Below, piece after piece: positions 43,473 through 59,548 of a stretch of DNA of 64,000 nucleotides. Source of the stretch: Savitreella phatthalungensis (taxonomy: Eukaryota). The stretch lies in contig AP039695.1 in assembly GCA_051599415.1 (NCBI GenBank), positions 372,001-436,000 of the forward strand, given 5' to 3'. A program made the translations under genes and the position numbers. The notes under the pieces were generated by a model. The model was not told the origin of the DNA. It did no database searches and saw only the letters and a program-made list of their open reading frames with translations. Numbering within the stretch: the first letter of the stretch is position 1; every line of letters begins with the position of its first letter.

Positions 43473-45680
43473 ATGACGACAAGCCGCGCGACAACTAGTT
43501 CAACAGCTCGATCGACCGACAAGATTGAGCCTGATCATTACTGGCAAAATGGCGCTGTCCCAGTTTTCAAGCCGACCTGGGATCAATTCAAGTCCTTCCC
43601 GGATTTTATCGCCAAGATCGATGCGTACGGCATGAAAGCTGGAATCGTCAAGGTCATTCCTCCGAAGGAATGGCTCGATCAATTGCCCGACCTGGACGAC
43701 AAGGTCAAGGATATCCGTGTGCGATCCGCTATCGAGCAGAACTTTGCAGGCAGCAGTGGAGCCTTCAAGCAGATGAACATTGAAAAGCAGCGCTCGTACA
43801 ATCTTGTTCAATGGCGCAAAATCTGTGAGAGCACAGATCACCAGCCTCCCGCACGTCGCGGTCAGGTGCGTGGTTCGGCAAAGTCTCAGCAACAGCAGCA
43901 ACCACAGCAGCACCAACAGCAGAGTCGGCCATCCGCAGGCGCGGAACCCTCAACACCAAGTCAGTCGACAGCACGACCTGCAACACGTGCTTCCACGTCC
44001 CCGCGCTCGCCCGCCGTGGCACAGAAGAGCACGCGGGAAAAGATGCATATTCAGGGTGCCGCCGCATCGGACTTCGACAACTTCGATTATCGCTTCCACG
44101 ACACAGCGGATTTCACACCGGAGCGCTGCACCGAGCTGGAAAAGGCGTATTGGAAATCTCTGACGTACAATCAACCTCTGTATGGCGCAGATCTACCCGG
44201 GTCACTCTTTCACGACAGCGTCAAATCTTGGAACGTCGCCCATCTCGACAATATTCTCAACAAGCTCGGAAAGGTGCTCCCCGGTGTCAACTCCGCCTAT
44301 CTCTACCTCGGAATGTGGAAGGCATCGTTCTCTTGGCACGTCGAGGACATGGATCTGTACTCGATCAACTATATCCACTTCGGCGCGCCCAAGCAATGGT
44401 ACTCCGTCTCGCAGGAGGACAATTCGAAGTTCGAAACGGTGATGCGCAACATTTTCCCAGATGATGCTCATCGTTGCTCACAATTCATGCGACACAAGAC
44501 ATTCGGCGCCTCTCCGGCAAGGCTAGCCCAGCATGGCGTCAACGTCAACCGCTTGGTCCACTATGAGAAGGAATTTGTGATAACTTTTCCCTATGGCTAT
44601 CATTCCGGATACAACCTCGGCTACAACTGTGCAGAAAGTGTCAATTTTGCAACAGAAGATTGGCTTGAGTTTGGCCGAGTCGCCGAAAAATGCGAATGCA
44701 TCCACGATGCAGTCACGATTGATGTCGACGACATTATTCAAAGCCTTCGCGGTAACAAGCGACAGGAGCTGCCGACTCCGCCGGCTAGCGATGAAGGATC
44801 CGAGGACGAGGACACCGCTCGCAAAGCTTCTAACAAGCGAAAGCAACCACAGCAAGGAGGCCTTGCGAAGAAGCTCAAGCGCGAATTGCGTGCGGAAGCG
44901 AGCGTCACGGAGTCAGCGAGCGGCACTTTGTGTGCGTTTTGTTCGACTGAGGATAAGCGCTTCGTCTCTGTGAACGTGCAGGGTAAGTTAGGAACGCGCG
45001 TGCATCGCATCTGTGCTGCCCTTGTGCCGGAGACGGCGATCGATCCAGTTTCTGGTATGGTCGTTGGCTTCGATGATGTTCCTCGAGCTCGACAGTCACT
45101 CCGCTGCGCTCATTGCAAGCTCGCAGGAGGTGCCCTGTTTCAGTGTACGGCTGCCAAGTGCGTCAGAGCCTTCCATGGCACGTGTGCACTTGCAGCCGGG
45201 GTCCTGATTGGCGAATTTGAGCAGAATCAGGACGGCTCGCGCGAATGTCTCTGCCGTGTCCATCGGCCGCGACGTGCGCCAAGGCATCAACTTGAATTCG
45301 ATGCGACCATGTGCGAGCGCGTAGCCGCTTTGAAAGTTGGCGCACAGGTACAAGTAATCTTGCCAAATGGTGACACCTCCTTCGGCATCGTCCGCGAGAA
45401 TCGTCGATCCGAACGAATGCTCCTGGTTGAGCGGCGAGACTTGGGCGATGTCACAGACGTGATTGAATTGGACTACACCAACATATTCTATGACTCTTCC
45501 GCCCTCACCAACGACCGGCTTGTATTTGACGATCTTTGCTCATTAACACAGAGTCAGGCGCCGAAACTGGCCAAGAAGGCTCGAAACGCCAAGAGCACAG
45601 CCAATGGACTGGTCATGACGAATTGCAGTCTTGACAATCCGACTATCACGCAGCGCCCCGATTCTGTGGTACAGCTATAG
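43473..45680 (+). CDS. KDM4/Rph1-family JmjN-JmjC histone demethylase with extended PHD
   Basis: JmjN PVFKPTWDQF...GIVKVIPP; JmjC FSWHVEDMDLYSINY...GYHSGYNLGYNCAES with Fe ligands intact; CxxC...HxxC...CxxC...C...HxxC...CxxH region. First ATG at 43473. Confidence 0.92.
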   Translation: MTTSRATTSSTARSTDKIEPDHYWQNGAVPVFKPTWDQFKSFPDFIAKIDAYGMKAGIVKVIPPKEWLDQLPDLDDKVKDIRVRSAIEQNFAGSSGAFKQMNIEKQRSYNLVQWRKICESTDHQPPARRGQVRGSAKSQQQQQPQQHQQQSRPSAGAEPSTPSQSTARPATRASTSPRSPAVAQKSTREKMHIQGAAASDFDNFDYRFHDTADFTPERCTELEKAYWKSLTYNQPLYGADLPGSLFHDSVKSWNVAHLDNILNKLGKVLPGVNSAYLYLGMWKASFSWHVEDMDLYSINYIHFGAPKQWYSVSQEDNSKFETVMRNIFPDDAHRCSQFMRHKTFGASPARLAQHGVNVNRLVHYEKEFVITFPYGYHSGYNLGYNCAESVNFATEDWLEFGRVAEKCECIHDAVTIDVDDIIQSLRGNKRQELPTPPASDEGSEDEDTARKASNKRKQPQQGGLAKKLKRELRAEASVTESASGTLCAFCSTEDKRFVSVNVQGKLGTRVHRICAALVPETAIDPVSGMVVGFDDVPRARQSLRCAHCKLAGGALFQCTAAKCVRAFHGTCALAAGVLIGEFEQNQDGSRECLCRVHRPRRAPRHQLEFDATMCERVAALKVGAQVQVILPNGDTSFGIVRENRRSERMLLVERRDLGDVTDVIELDYTNIFYDSSALTNDRLVFDDLCSLTQSQAPKLAKKARNAKSTANGLVMTNCSLDNPTITQRPDSVVQL

Positions 45681-45752
45681 CTGCTTTTAGCTAGCACTAC
45701 AGGAGATGAGCTCAGAATAATGCCCTCTAAACTTAATGTCATGTCAACTAAA

Positions 45753-47210
<1,458 letters not shown>

Positions 47211-48032
47211 TTAGCGCTCAGATGATAGATGATGTCTCCAGGATAGAAACGCTCCCGTCCAAATCGAAGTCCTCTGCAATCGTCCGTACAAGCTCAGCGT
47301 CGGTGCTACTGAAGGGAGTGCCGAAGTTCCTCGCTCTTTGGGGAACAGGTCGGTCTTTCAGCTCGAAGAAATATGCGAAGGTGCAGTAGCCTTCCGGCCA
47401 CAACTTTTCCGTTTGTGCAACTGGGGTGTACGACGGATGAGTTGTGCACGTGCCTGTCTCGTGTATCAGGAAACTTTCAAACCTATAGCTTAAATTGAGT
47501 CAATTAATTCATCTAATCAGATTTACAAGAGACCTGATAACAATTTATGTACTCTGAGCGGACTTTGGAATCAAGATTTCAATCATTTTATATATGCCAT
47601 CAGAACAGCTACAGGAATGTTTAAATTGTCATATGCACAGTACTCGATCGATCTCAACATGCCCATGCATATGCAGCCCGTGCAATCTTAACCTCACTAG
47701 CCACATATCTATGTATTCGATTAAATTTAATCGTCTAAATGCACTTTGCTTCATTACAGGCGTGCATCAAAAATGTCCATCGTCCAACGTACGTTATAGA
47801 TTCGATTCTTTCATCCACTCAAGACGCGTCGGTACATTATATCGAGCTCGGTCGTCAGGACCTATCCTAGTGGTCTACGGCCAGCGAGACAGGCTTTGTC
47901 TCTTCTTAGGTCCATCAGTCGGCATCACAGGTCTCGAAGTAACCCCGTCGCCTATTGATCAGTCCCACTTGTGTAGTTCAATCAGCCCAATCACTTTCGA
48001 GCACTCGATTGACTTCATCCCGTCTCCCAGTC

Positions 48033-51000
48033 ATGTCGACCATTGAGGTCAACAAGGCCAGCTTTCATCGACGGCTCGGCAAACTTGTCGAATCCTGGAA
48101 AAAGGAGGACGGATCAGGTCCATGGTCAGGAATAGATGGGCTCCTTGCCGTCATGGGTAGTCCCGATGAGCAGGATCCCTACAAGAAAACCGCAGCTCTA
48201 CATAGCTGGCTACTTGGTTATGAATTCCCCGCAACACTGATGCTCATCACGCGCGAGAGGATCACCATCATCACTTCTTCTGGTAAGGCAAAATTCCTCG
48301 ACCCATTGGTGCAAGGATGCCCGATCAAGCTCGAGCTCGTGCGTCGGACCAAGGACGATGCCGAGAATGCCCGTCAATTTTCAGCCATCGCAGATCAGCT
48401 GAAGACCATCAAAAACATCGGAGAGTTTCCAAAGGACGAATACTCAGGTAAGTTCATGGAAGAATGGAAGAAGGCTACGGACAACACGCGTGCCGACCTG
48501 CAGACCAAGGATGCAGGACCGGCCGTATCTGCTTGTTTGCAAGTCAAGGAGGATGATGAGCTTCGGAACATGCGTGCCGCCTCAAAATCGAGCCTTCGTG
48601 TCCTCACAGCCTCATTCGTCGAGCAGATGTCGAGCATCATCGACCAGGAGCGCAGCGTCAAGCAGTCCAGCCTAGCAGAAAAGATTGAACGCGTCATCGA
48701 GGACGGCAAATTCACCTCCAAAATCTCCAGCGACCCAAACTTTGATCCAGAGCAACTCGAGTGGTGCTACACACCGATTATTCAGAGTGGTGGCGTCTAT
48801 GACCTCAAACCTTCCGCAGAAACAACGAATGCTCCGCTGTCAGGCGATGTTATTGTCTGCTCTCTCGGGCTTCGATACAAATCTTACTGTTCCAATGTCG
48901 GTCGGACGTATTTGATTGATCCAACAAATCAGCAGAAGACAGTCTACAACACGCTCGTGGGTCTCCAGCGCATGTTGATCGAGAAGCTCAAGCCAGGAGC
49001 AATCATCAAAGACGTGTATGATCAGGTAATCGACAAGTGCAAGGCAGACAGTCCATCATTAGCCGGACTTCTGACACGCAATTTTGGTTGCGGCATTGGT
49101 ATCGACTTCCGCGATACCTCGCTGGCCATAAACGGCCGGAATGCGACAAAACTCGAGGCCGGCATGGTATTGAATGTTGCTATCGGATTTCACAAGGTCG
49201 AGAACGCGCCCAAGTCGAGTCGCAAGCCAGAGACGTTCAGTATGCAATTGATCGACACCGTCAAGGTCGGTCAGGAAAACGCCGAGGTGTTGACAGATAC
49301 ACCAAAATCGCTTCAAGACATCATGTATGAATTTGACGACGATGAGGAGTCGGATGTGGAGCGGCCAGCTAAGAAGTCCGGAGGCGCCGCCTCGGCCGGC
49401 AGATCGCTTGATCCTTCGGCTATCCTGAGCAAGAAGACGCGCGGTGCAGGTCAGGTGAAAGCCAACGAGTCAAATGAAGCCCGACGGAAAGAACATCAAC
49501 GCGAGCTGGCGATGAAGCTGCAAGACGAAGGTCTCAGACGCTTTCCTGATGGCTCATCCGCTTCCAACGGCAATCAGCAAGCTGCATTCAAGAAGTTCGA
49601 ATCGTACAAGCGAGAGTCTCAGCTGCCGCCAACGGTCAATTCTCTCAGGCTCGTGGTCGATCAGAGGAACCAGACGGTAATCGTGCCGGTCTTCGGTCGG
49701 CCCGTACCCTTTCACATCAACACGATCAAGTCCGTGAGTAAGACAGAAGAAGGAGAGTCTGTTTTCCTGCGCATCAACCTGATCTCGCCAGGTCAAGTGA
49801 TTGGTCGCAAGGAGGACACGCCATTTGAGAATCCGAACGCGAGCTTCGTGCGTTCTCTGACATTCCGTAGCACGGACACGGACCGCATGAACGAGGTCAA
49901 CCGGCAGATCGCAGAGATGAAGAAGGTGGCGACGAAGCGCGAAGCTGAGCGTCGCGAATTGGCAGACGTTGTTGAGCAGGGCGACCTGATCGAGATCAAA
50001 AACCGCAGACCTCTGAAGCTACTCGATGTGTACGTCCGACCAGGCTTTGACGGAAAGCGGGTCACTGGTGAGCTTGAGATTCACCAGAACGGTCTCCGCT
50101 ACCAGTCACCCGTGCGCGCTGATCATCGGATCGACATACTATTCTCTAACGTCAAGCATCTTTTCTTCCAGCCCTGTGACCACGAGCTCCTCGTCCTCAT
50201 TCACGTCCACCTTAAGGATCCGATCATGGTTGCAAAGCGCAAGACGAGGGACGTCCAGTTCTACAGAGAAGCTTCTGACGTGCAGTTCGATGAGACAGCG
50301 AATAGGAAGCGCAAGATCAAATACGGCGACGAAGATGAGCTGGAGGCTGAACAGGAAGAGCGGAGACGCAGGGCGCAGTTGAACAAGGAGTTCAAGGCTT
50401 TCTCGGAGAAGATTGCAGAGGCGAGCGATGGTCGGATCGACGTCGACATCCCATTCAGAGAGCTCGGTTTCAACGGTGTGCCATTCCGTTCAAATGTGCT
50501 ACTCCAACCCACAACCGAGTGTCTTGTGCATTTGACAGACGCGCCCTTCCTCGTGCTCACATTAAGTGAGGTTGAGATTGTCCACCTGGAGCGCATCCAG
50601 TTTGGATTGAAGAACTTCGACATGGTCTTCGTTCTCAAGGACTACAACAAACCACCGATCCACATCAACACTGTACCAATGTCGTCAGTGGATAACGTGA
50701 AAGAATGGCTCGACTCGACAGACATCGTGACATCCGAAGGACCACTCAACCTCAACTGGACCACAATTATGAAGACTGTCAACGACGATCCACACGACTT
50801 CTTCAAGGAAGGCGGCTGGCGGTTCCTGTCGACCGACAGCGACGACGAGGATGGTTCGAATGCATCTGAAAGTGGCTCGGAATATGTAATGTCGAGCTCT
50901 GGAGCAGAAGATGAAGCTTCGGAAGGCAGCGATTTCGATGATGACGACGCCTCAGACGATTCTGGCTCCTACGAGGATGAAGACGATATGAGTGTGGTTG

Positions 51001-51035
51001 GTGACGATGACGAGGAGGACGAAGAAGACGATTAG
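48033..51035 (+). CDS. SPT16: FACT complex subunit Spt16
   Basis: WLLGYEFP, PIIQSGG, RYKSYCSN, PVPFHINTIK, LEIHQNG and GPLNLNW, with an acidic tail. ATG at 48033. Confidence 0.97.
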   Translation: MSTIEVNKASFHRRLGKLVESWKKEDGSGPWSGIDGLLAVMGSPDEQDPYKKTAALHSWLLGYEFPATLMLITRERITIITSSGKAKFLDPLVQGCPIKLELVRRTKDDAENARQFSAIADQLKTIKNIGEFPKDEYSGKFMEEWKKATDNTRADLQTKDAGPAVSACLQVKEDDELRNMRAASKSSLRVLTASFVEQMSSIIDQERSVKQSSLAEKIERVIEDGKFTSKISSDPNFDPEQLEWCYTPIIQSGGVYDLKPSAETTNAPLSGDVIVCSLGLRYKSYCSNVGRTYLIDPTNQQKTVYNTLVGLQRMLIEKLKPGAIIKDVYDQVIDKCKADSPSLAGLLTRNFGCGIGIDFRDTSLAINGRNATKLEAGMVLNVAIGFHKVENAPKSSRKPETFSMQLIDTVKVGQENAEVLTDTPKSLQDIMYEFDDDEESDVERPAKKSGGAASAGRSLDPSAILSKKTRGAGQVKANESNEARRKEHQRELAMKLQDEGLRRFPDGSSASNGNQQAAFKKFESYKRESQLPPTVNSLRLVVDQRNQTVIVPVFGRPVPFHINTIKSVSKTEEGESVFLRINLISPGQVIGRKEDTPFENPNASFVRSLTFRSTDTDRMNEVNRQIAEMKKVATKREAERRELADVVEQGDLIEIKNRRPLKLLDVYVRPGFDGKRVTGELEIHQNGLRYQSPVRADHRIDILFSNVKHLFFQPCDHELLVLIHVHLKDPIMVAKRKTRDVQFYREASDVQFDETANRKRKIKYGDEDELEAEQEERRRRAQLNKEFKAFSEKIAEASDGRIDVDIPFRELGFNGVPFRSNVLLQPTTECLVHLTDAPFLVLTLSEVEIVHLERIQFGLKNFDMVFVLKDYNKPPIHINTVPMSSVDNVKEWLDSTDIVTSEGPLNLNWTTIMKTVNDDPHDFFKEGGWRFLSTDSDDEDGSNASESGSEYVMSSSGAEDEASEGSDFDDDDASDDSGSYEDEDDMSVVGDDDEEDEEDD

Positions 51036-53846
51036 TCAATAACTATGATTGAGTTCGGCAACACATCCATAACAAGCAAGCATCGATCGTCTTCCATACA
51101 TCCAACGGAAGGTGAATCTGGAGACCTACAGATCGTCATTGACCTACAAAGATGTGCATGATTTCGCGTAGTTACACGGAAGGCATATCTCAGGCTTGGC
51201 AAGATCACCTGCTTCATTGACTCCTGGTCTCGACCCAAGCGCGAATTGATGACCTCGTGGCAATATTTTATAACCTGGTCTCGACCGCTCGTAGCTCCGT
51301 CAGCTCCCCCGGCGTTTCTGCACATCATCGCTCTAGCTAGATTTCATTTCTGGCTCAAAGAAGAGCTGCATGCTCATCACATTGACGAAAGGAAATGATT
51401 CGCGAAATTTACACGATCCAGTCGCGTCATTTTGCATGAGCTTTGAGTGGACGTACGTGCATCACATCGGGGAAATTGAATAAAAATTTACTTTTCAAGG
51501 CACCCAGGCCACTAGCCCTTGAGGCACTATTGAAACCCAGCAGGGTGAACCTCACTTTCATGTCGGTCAAGGATTTTAAAACTATGTCTCGGATTGGAAG
51601 GATATGAACAGTCCAATCTGGGATGGGATGCACGCTCGGAATTTCCCCATAAAGCCACATGAGCCGCATAATCCCGTGTGGCTCTCTATCTGAGCCCAGA
51701 GTAGCAGGAAATGTGCGTCTGACATGAATTCTGATTAGCCTAGCCTTCAGCATCCATTTCGTCGAGCCTCTCTGAGCTACACAGAAACGAGAAAACCAAA
51801 GACATGGTCAAAAGCTTGTGACCAATGCCAATGCTATTCTTAGAACTCCTGAAGCACACGACGAAGAGTTGTCATCCCGGCATCAAATCTTGACCGTCGT
51901 TTGCAATAGATGTTCGTCACCTGCTCTCCGACAAGTGTCACTCATGTACAGTACGTCCATCTTTGCATTGCCCGTCAATGACTAGTGTCATGTTGAGCAC
52001 AATTATTACCTTTCGAGGATGGGACTGCCCGCTTGACCGATTTGGCTTAATCTCCTGTCTTGTCGGTTGTGCAAAGCCTAGGAAATGACTGCGCATATGG
52101 ACCGTATCACTACTTCCTCGGTATGTGCTGCAACACGATACTTGCCTGAGAGAGTTCGATTTGCACATCAAGCCCATTGATCTATATACTTGTCTTCAAG
52201 CCATTGCCCTGTGATCCAATGCCCCACGCTTTCGTACGACAAAGCGCGGATATCGATTAAACGAGCGAGCGGAGTGAGAGACCGAAAGACTGGTCTTCCT
52301 CAATGATACGCACGCTTGATCTCGGCATCGGGCGCATGCTTTTCCGGGCTTAAGTCATTGACTCTTCAGTAAAGATGGCCTATCGACTCGAATTGAGGTT
52401 AATGAACGATCGAGTAAGCTATTCCACCTATTGAATCTGGATTTTGCCCTTTCTATCCAATCGGGCAATAGTCGGCGGCATGAGGAACAATCTCGGGTCA
52501 GATGCCAAGTGGACTCACTTTCCAAATTTCAATCGCAGTGCTTTCAGTCTTTGGAAAAGCGATTGCTCGCTTGCTCCATCCCTCACATATTCTGAACCAG
52601 ACTATCTTCATGATATTTCAGTAGACATTCAGAGCAAAATTGAACTAATCGAGCATGACAGAAAGACCAAAATAATTAAATGAATGATAGATTGTTCATC
52701 CAGTATATTTATATATGTGATAGATCATGGTCCCGAGCTTACATTGATCTAATTTAAATAACTCACTGATCTCGAGCAAGAGAGAGATAGTTTTGGTGGA
52801 AATCGAGGGTCAAGACAGCGCTAGGCTTTATAATCTTTGGTCAAGCTTGATAGCATATATTCATACGTACATGTATCCAACTGAATCAAAAATTGATTCT
52901 GCAGGTACTTGACTTAACTTCAACTTGGTCCAGCTATGGATTCCTTCACTGCAAGCTAAGCCCGCCTCCATCACCAACCTCAACCACAATCACTCCTACG
53001 GTGCAACAGTTCAGCACTGCCTCTGCAGCACTACTGTAGTTAGTTCTACACCAACTGGAACTGCCACTACCATAGCTGGTTGGTGAGTTAGTGAGTGAGT
53101 GCTCTCGCCAGTAAAGCTCCCGACTGCCAATACCCTTAAGCTAGTAGTACCGTGTGGCCTGCACTATCAAAGCTATCCGATCTCGCTCACCAGGTCAGCC
53201 GGACAAAGACGAGGACGACCTGTCCAGGACGAGAGACGTAGTCGAGGAAGAACGGAGTGGGTGAAGCGTAATCCTACCGTCAACATCTTCATCACCTCTA
53301 GCTCCATAACACGCCAAGCTTGACACTCTCCCTCGACAGAGTCGTTTCGCGCCGCGTCGAGTCGTCGACAACCCTTTCGCGTGGCAGCGTTGGTCAGTCA
53401 CTCTTAAGGGTCTCCCACGAGCAGTCAAAGCTCCAATCATCCTCTTCTCTTATTGGCAGGATAGAGAGCCTTCAAGGCTAGACCCTTGGGTCCCCAAGTC
53501 GTCGTAACGCCCATCATTTTCACAAGGTACGGACCGGACGCGTCAACTAGCAGCTCGCCAATCTGCCGAGTGGTCTCTTTGTCATCTTGCATTCTCAGCG
53601 ACATCCAAGCGCGCACGGACCTTCGACACGCCTCGCATCCCTTAATATTTCTCCTCGACTAACGATAGTGCTTCATTACGTGCAGTCTCTCACGATCAAA
53701 CGCCCGTCTTCAAAGTGACAAGCACATCATCTTCGTTGTTGCCGCGTGGTTCTGATCTTGTCACAACTGTCCGGGTCCACAGCAGAGAGACTGGTTCGAG
53801 AGCTGCTTGCTCTTTCTGAGGCATTTGAGCTATCCGTGCTCTTCTG

Positions 53847-56441
53847 ATGGACCACCGCGGGATCGCCGGCTTTGCACAGCGTCCATCACCCAGAATACCC
53901 GGCATGCTTGAGCAATCGCCTTTCGCTTCTACATCTGAACATCAGGGACATCGGGCTGCTGCGTTCGCAGGCCCCAATGGCGTTGGCGACGACAATTACA
54001 ATGTTCCATACCACGCAACTCCTGGATTCAGCCCTTCTGATCAGGGCCACGTTGCACCAGGCTTCGCAGTCAATTCGGCAATGCCACTGACAGAAGCCTA
54101 TTCGGTCAATGGTCCACGTCCTGACGACCACTCTGGAATCATCGCACGACCTAGTCCAGGTGCTGTTGCCAGTGCCCAGGCACATCTCCGACAAGAGACA
54201 TCATTTTACGATGCCAGTGTTGTCCCTAATTCGGGACTGGTATCATCCTCTGCACCTCTGCAGTCGACCGGCGTACCTCATAATGCTAGCCATGGCATGA
54301 TGTTCCCTCCATCCAACCGGACGGGATTTCAGCCGATGCAGGCAAGTACGTCCTTTCCAGGTCCTCCGCCCCCTAGTTCGCGTATACCCACGGGCAGCGC
54401 GCCAGGTACGCCTTACGATCTCAGTAGACCCGACTTCCGTCGGCACCATTCGCAGCATTCGACCACAAGCCACGTCTCCTCGCAGAGCATCTCTTCGCAG
54501 CGATCATTCGATTTTCCTGGCGATTTGCCAACTCGCACCTTCGACACGACTGGACAATCATGTCCCCCGGGAGGACGACCGCGTGTGTCGACGACGATCT
54601 GGGAAGACGAAGGCACCTTGTGCTTTCAGATCGAGGCCCGCCAGGTCACTGTTGCGCGCCGGGAAGACAACGACATGATCAACGGCACAAAGCTACTCAA
54701 CGTGGCCGGGATGAGTCGCGGAAAGAGGGACGGACTACTCAAGAACGAACCCCTGCGCACCGTGATCAAGATCGGATCAATGCATCTGAAAGGCGTCTGG
54801 ATCCCATTTGAGCGTGCTCTCGATATGGCAAATCGGCACAATATCACAGATCTGCTCTACCCACTCTTCGTGAGAGACATCAAGAAGTTTCTATATCATC
54901 CTGCGAACTACGCAAGGACAGCAGCGGTGCTCGCAGCTGCGACACAACGGCAGACCGGTTCGTCTTTGGGCATGGAGGACTCGCGACCTGGCCTCGAAAG
55001 GACAATGTCAATGCCCACGCCGCTAGAGCGACCTTTGTCGATGCTGACTCCACCCTCGAGTGCTTCCGCCACTGGCGTCCCCGCCACGGCCGAACACTGG
55101 CAAGCTTCTGCAAATGTACCCTTGAGTGAACTTCAAGCACGCTCTCACTCGATGCCTGGTACTCCGGCAACGACGCCTCCGGGACCTTTCCCGCATGCAT
55201 CGTCCTTCCAGAACCAGCCATACCTTCAGTCTTCCTTACTTGACGCTCGCTTCTCCGGCGGCAATCTTGGCGCAGGCCGGTACGGCCAGCAACCGGACAT
55301 GCAACGTCTCTATTCCTCCAACCATTCCAGGGCCGCCAGCGTCATGTCATATCAGGACGAGCCAGGTCAGCAGCAGACGCACAGCACTGAAGCGCAGAAC
55401 AACCACGTTCGTGGCCACCGTGCTCATGCTTCAGTGAACAATATCGGCGCAATGACACAGCCTCATTCGCAGTCAATGGGTGACATGGCCGGCGCTCAGA
55501 AGCTACACCCGTCCGCTATGGTCGGCGGTAGTGGTGCAGGTCCAATTCGTGCCCATTCCCGCTCGCGCAGTTCCCACAACTTTTCGACGCCGAACTTGAC
55601 GCAGCAAATGGCTCGTCGTCAAGACCGAACGCCGAACAGATCCCCAGTCAGGCAAGCGCATGCGCGTCAAGCTAGTAGAGATGGTCTTTCGGCTTCGACA
55701 CCTTCCTGGCTACGCTCGCAAGCCGAACTCCGGCAGAAAACTCAAGACCAGCTAGGTACACCGCACGATAGCCTCGCAAGGCCCGATTCTCTCATGGAGG
55801 GACAGCAGGAAAATGCGTCTGGCCTACCGCACATTTACGAAGAAACACCATCTTGCCGCATGGCCTATCAGCTACACGGCCAGCAGCGCAGCTCCAATAT
55901 GTCCGAAGCACCTCCGACCTTCGGAATATCGTCGTCGGTAGGCCAGGCAGCCGCTCCCTCGAGCGCAAACCCAGAGACGACGAATTACGGAATGCTCACG
56001 ACCTCTCCACACGTGGTGCCGTCATCTGAAAACGCACGCCAGCACTTCACAGGCCTTGCATCTCCTTTGACTGGCAAGAACAAGAGAGAGCGTGGAATTA
56101 TGTCGGATGTGCCTGGCGGTTTCGTCGACTCTGGTCGGCCTTATGTCCACCAAAGTCCACTGCAGCCAAGGACTCAGCAATCGCAGCGGCAACTACTCCA
56201 AGCATCGCCACGTTTCGAGGCGCACCAGCAGGGGATACATCCGGGGTTGGAAAGCATGATGCCAATGGACTCTTATCGGGAAGCATCACTCACTCCACCA
56301 CCGCTTCACGCCTCTCCTCACTCGATGGCCAAGATGCCAGGTTCTGCAGTAAGAGGGCGCTCACTTCTGCCTAGTGGTATTGCTAGCAACGGACATCATT
56401 CTGTGAACCACGCTGATGCGTATGTGGGTCACGGAGCTTGA
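53847..56441 (+). CDS. stuA: APSES transcription factor of the StuA/Efg1/Sok2 clade
   Basis: [21 protein letters not shown]...[28 protein letters not shown]...[14 protein letters not shown]...LYPLFV. Confidence 0.9.
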   Translation: MDHRGIAGFAQRPSPRIPGMLEQSPFASTSEHQGHRAAAFAGPNGVGDDNYNVPYHATPGFSPSDQGHVAPGFAVNSAMPLTEAYSVNGPRPDDHSGIIARPSPGAVASAQAHLRQETSFYDASVVPNSGLVSSSAPLQSTGVPHNASHGMMFPPSNRTGFQPMQASTSFPGPPPPSSRIPTGSAPGTPYDLSRPDFRRHHSQHSTTSHVSSQSISSQRSFDFPGDLPTRTFDTTGQSCPPGGRPRVSTTIWEDEGTLCFQIEARQVTVARREDNDMINGTKLLNVAGMSRGKRDGLLKNEPLRTVIKIGSMHLKGVWIPFERALDMANRHNITDLLYPLFVRDIKKFLYHPANYARTAAVLAAATQRQTGSSLGMEDSRPGLERTMSMPTPLERPLSMLTPPSSASATGVPATAEHWQASANVPLSELQARSHSMPGTPATTPPGPFPHASSFQNQPYLQSSLLDARFSGGNLGAGRYGQQPDMQRLYSSNHSRAASVMSYQDEPGQQQTHSTEAQNNHVRGHRAHASVNNIGAMTQPHSQSMGDMAGAQKLHPSAMVGGSGAGPIRAHSRSRSSHNFSTPNLTQQMARRQDRTPNRSPVRQAHARQASRDGLSASTPSWLRSQAELRQKTQDQLGTPHDSLARPDSLMEGQQENASGLPHIYEETPSCRMAYQLHGQQRSSNMSEAPPTFGISSSVGQAAAPSSANPETTNYGMLTTSPHVVPSSENARQHFTGLASPLTGKNKRERGIMSDVPGGFVDSGRPYVHQSPLQPRTQQSQRQLLQASPRFEAHQQGIHPGLESMMPMDSYREASLTPPPLHASPHSMAKMPGSAVRGRSLLPSGIASNGHHSVNHADAYVGHGA

Positions 56442-57190
56442 TGCTCGCCTTGAACAATACCTCCATACCTTCTCTAACCCTCTCTTATTGGCACTAATCA
56501 GTATGCCCACGAATATCACTATCTTCCTATTTCTCAACGACATGACCTAGGCACAACGGATGGAACCGATCGCATGAACGACAAAGTTCACACTCGGTCT
56601 CCCCTCCCCTTAGAAGCCTCTAGCATTCCATTCCATCGATGGCTCTATTCATTGTAAGCCATGCAATGCCCTCTACGACGTGATGTCACATCATCTTCTC
56701 GGCGTAGTCCTTCTCCCGATCATTCTCGCAGCGGACACGACCTTTTCCACATCACCAAAAATCACATCATTTTCATTTCACGCTCGCTCGAGGCCCTGGA
56801 CCCCATTCACACGCCGGGCCGCACGACGTTATGTTATAAACAGGAGTTTCTTTTGACCACCGTCTTCTAGCACCACGCACACCACGCAGTGAGCATGCAC
56901 TCCCTGCCACGATCTCTAAACACACAAATCCAAATCACATTATCCATATCCCGGGACCTTCCTCCCCATGCACTGTGTACCAACCATCCCTTGCCTTCTG
57001 TGCACTTGATCATTATTCCATTCCAGGCAAGCGTCGGGTGACTCGGCGCGAGTAACCTCATTCGTTGCTCTTCGAGGAAAGGGAGAAAGTCTTTGCTTAG
57101 TATGGAGCGGGGGTAAAAATATATTTGTGATGATGCTATCGCTCGACGTTGGAAGGCTGAGCTAATCTAGACACGGGAGGTGGAGGGCAT

Positions 57191-58984
<1,794 letters not shown>

Positions 58985-59548
58985 TCAGAAATCAGCGCGT
59001 CTTGACAGATTGGATCCTTGCTCCGGACGATTGGGTGGATGGATGGTTACGTTACGTTGCAAAGTTACTCTCACTCGCACGGGTTTGATTGTGTGACTCC
59101 ACAAGAAACTTTTTTTCTAAAATTTCTTTTCTTTCCAAAATCTTCTGTCGACGTGCATTTTGTCATTTTCTATGATGATCGATCGACTCGGAGTATTGGT
59201 TGTGCATTGAACCTTGAATTTGGCCTCCCAGTCGGACTTGGAAAATAGATGCAGGGAAATTGGCTTCCACTGTTCAAGGAGTGACACGTGAAAATCAGTT
59301 AGATGCATGGAAGGATGCACCAGTTTTCGAGTGAATGCACAAATACTCCTTCATGCTCCTTCCCATACGCTCACGAGATCTCCCAGTTGACCTATGGAAT
59401 GGATCCAAGCCAGTAGCCTTCTATCCATTGAGTATCTCCATGCTCTTAATCACCTTTTGAGTTGGCAGGATAATGAATCGCTTCTGATGAATGACCCATA
59501 CTCATATGGATGGGTGGGCGGATGGTGGGGACCTGCTCAATTGATCCC

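Noticed and set aside
51427..51753. 108-aa minus-strand ORF between SPT16 and stuA
   Set aside because: No recognisable domain, and it lacks the codon style of the real genes; it cannot be supported from sequence alone.
59100..59150. Heat-shock element upstream of HSP60
   Set aside because: Several TTC triplets occur, but no clean nGAAnnTTCn array with correct spacing; it cannot be told apart from a T-rich tract.
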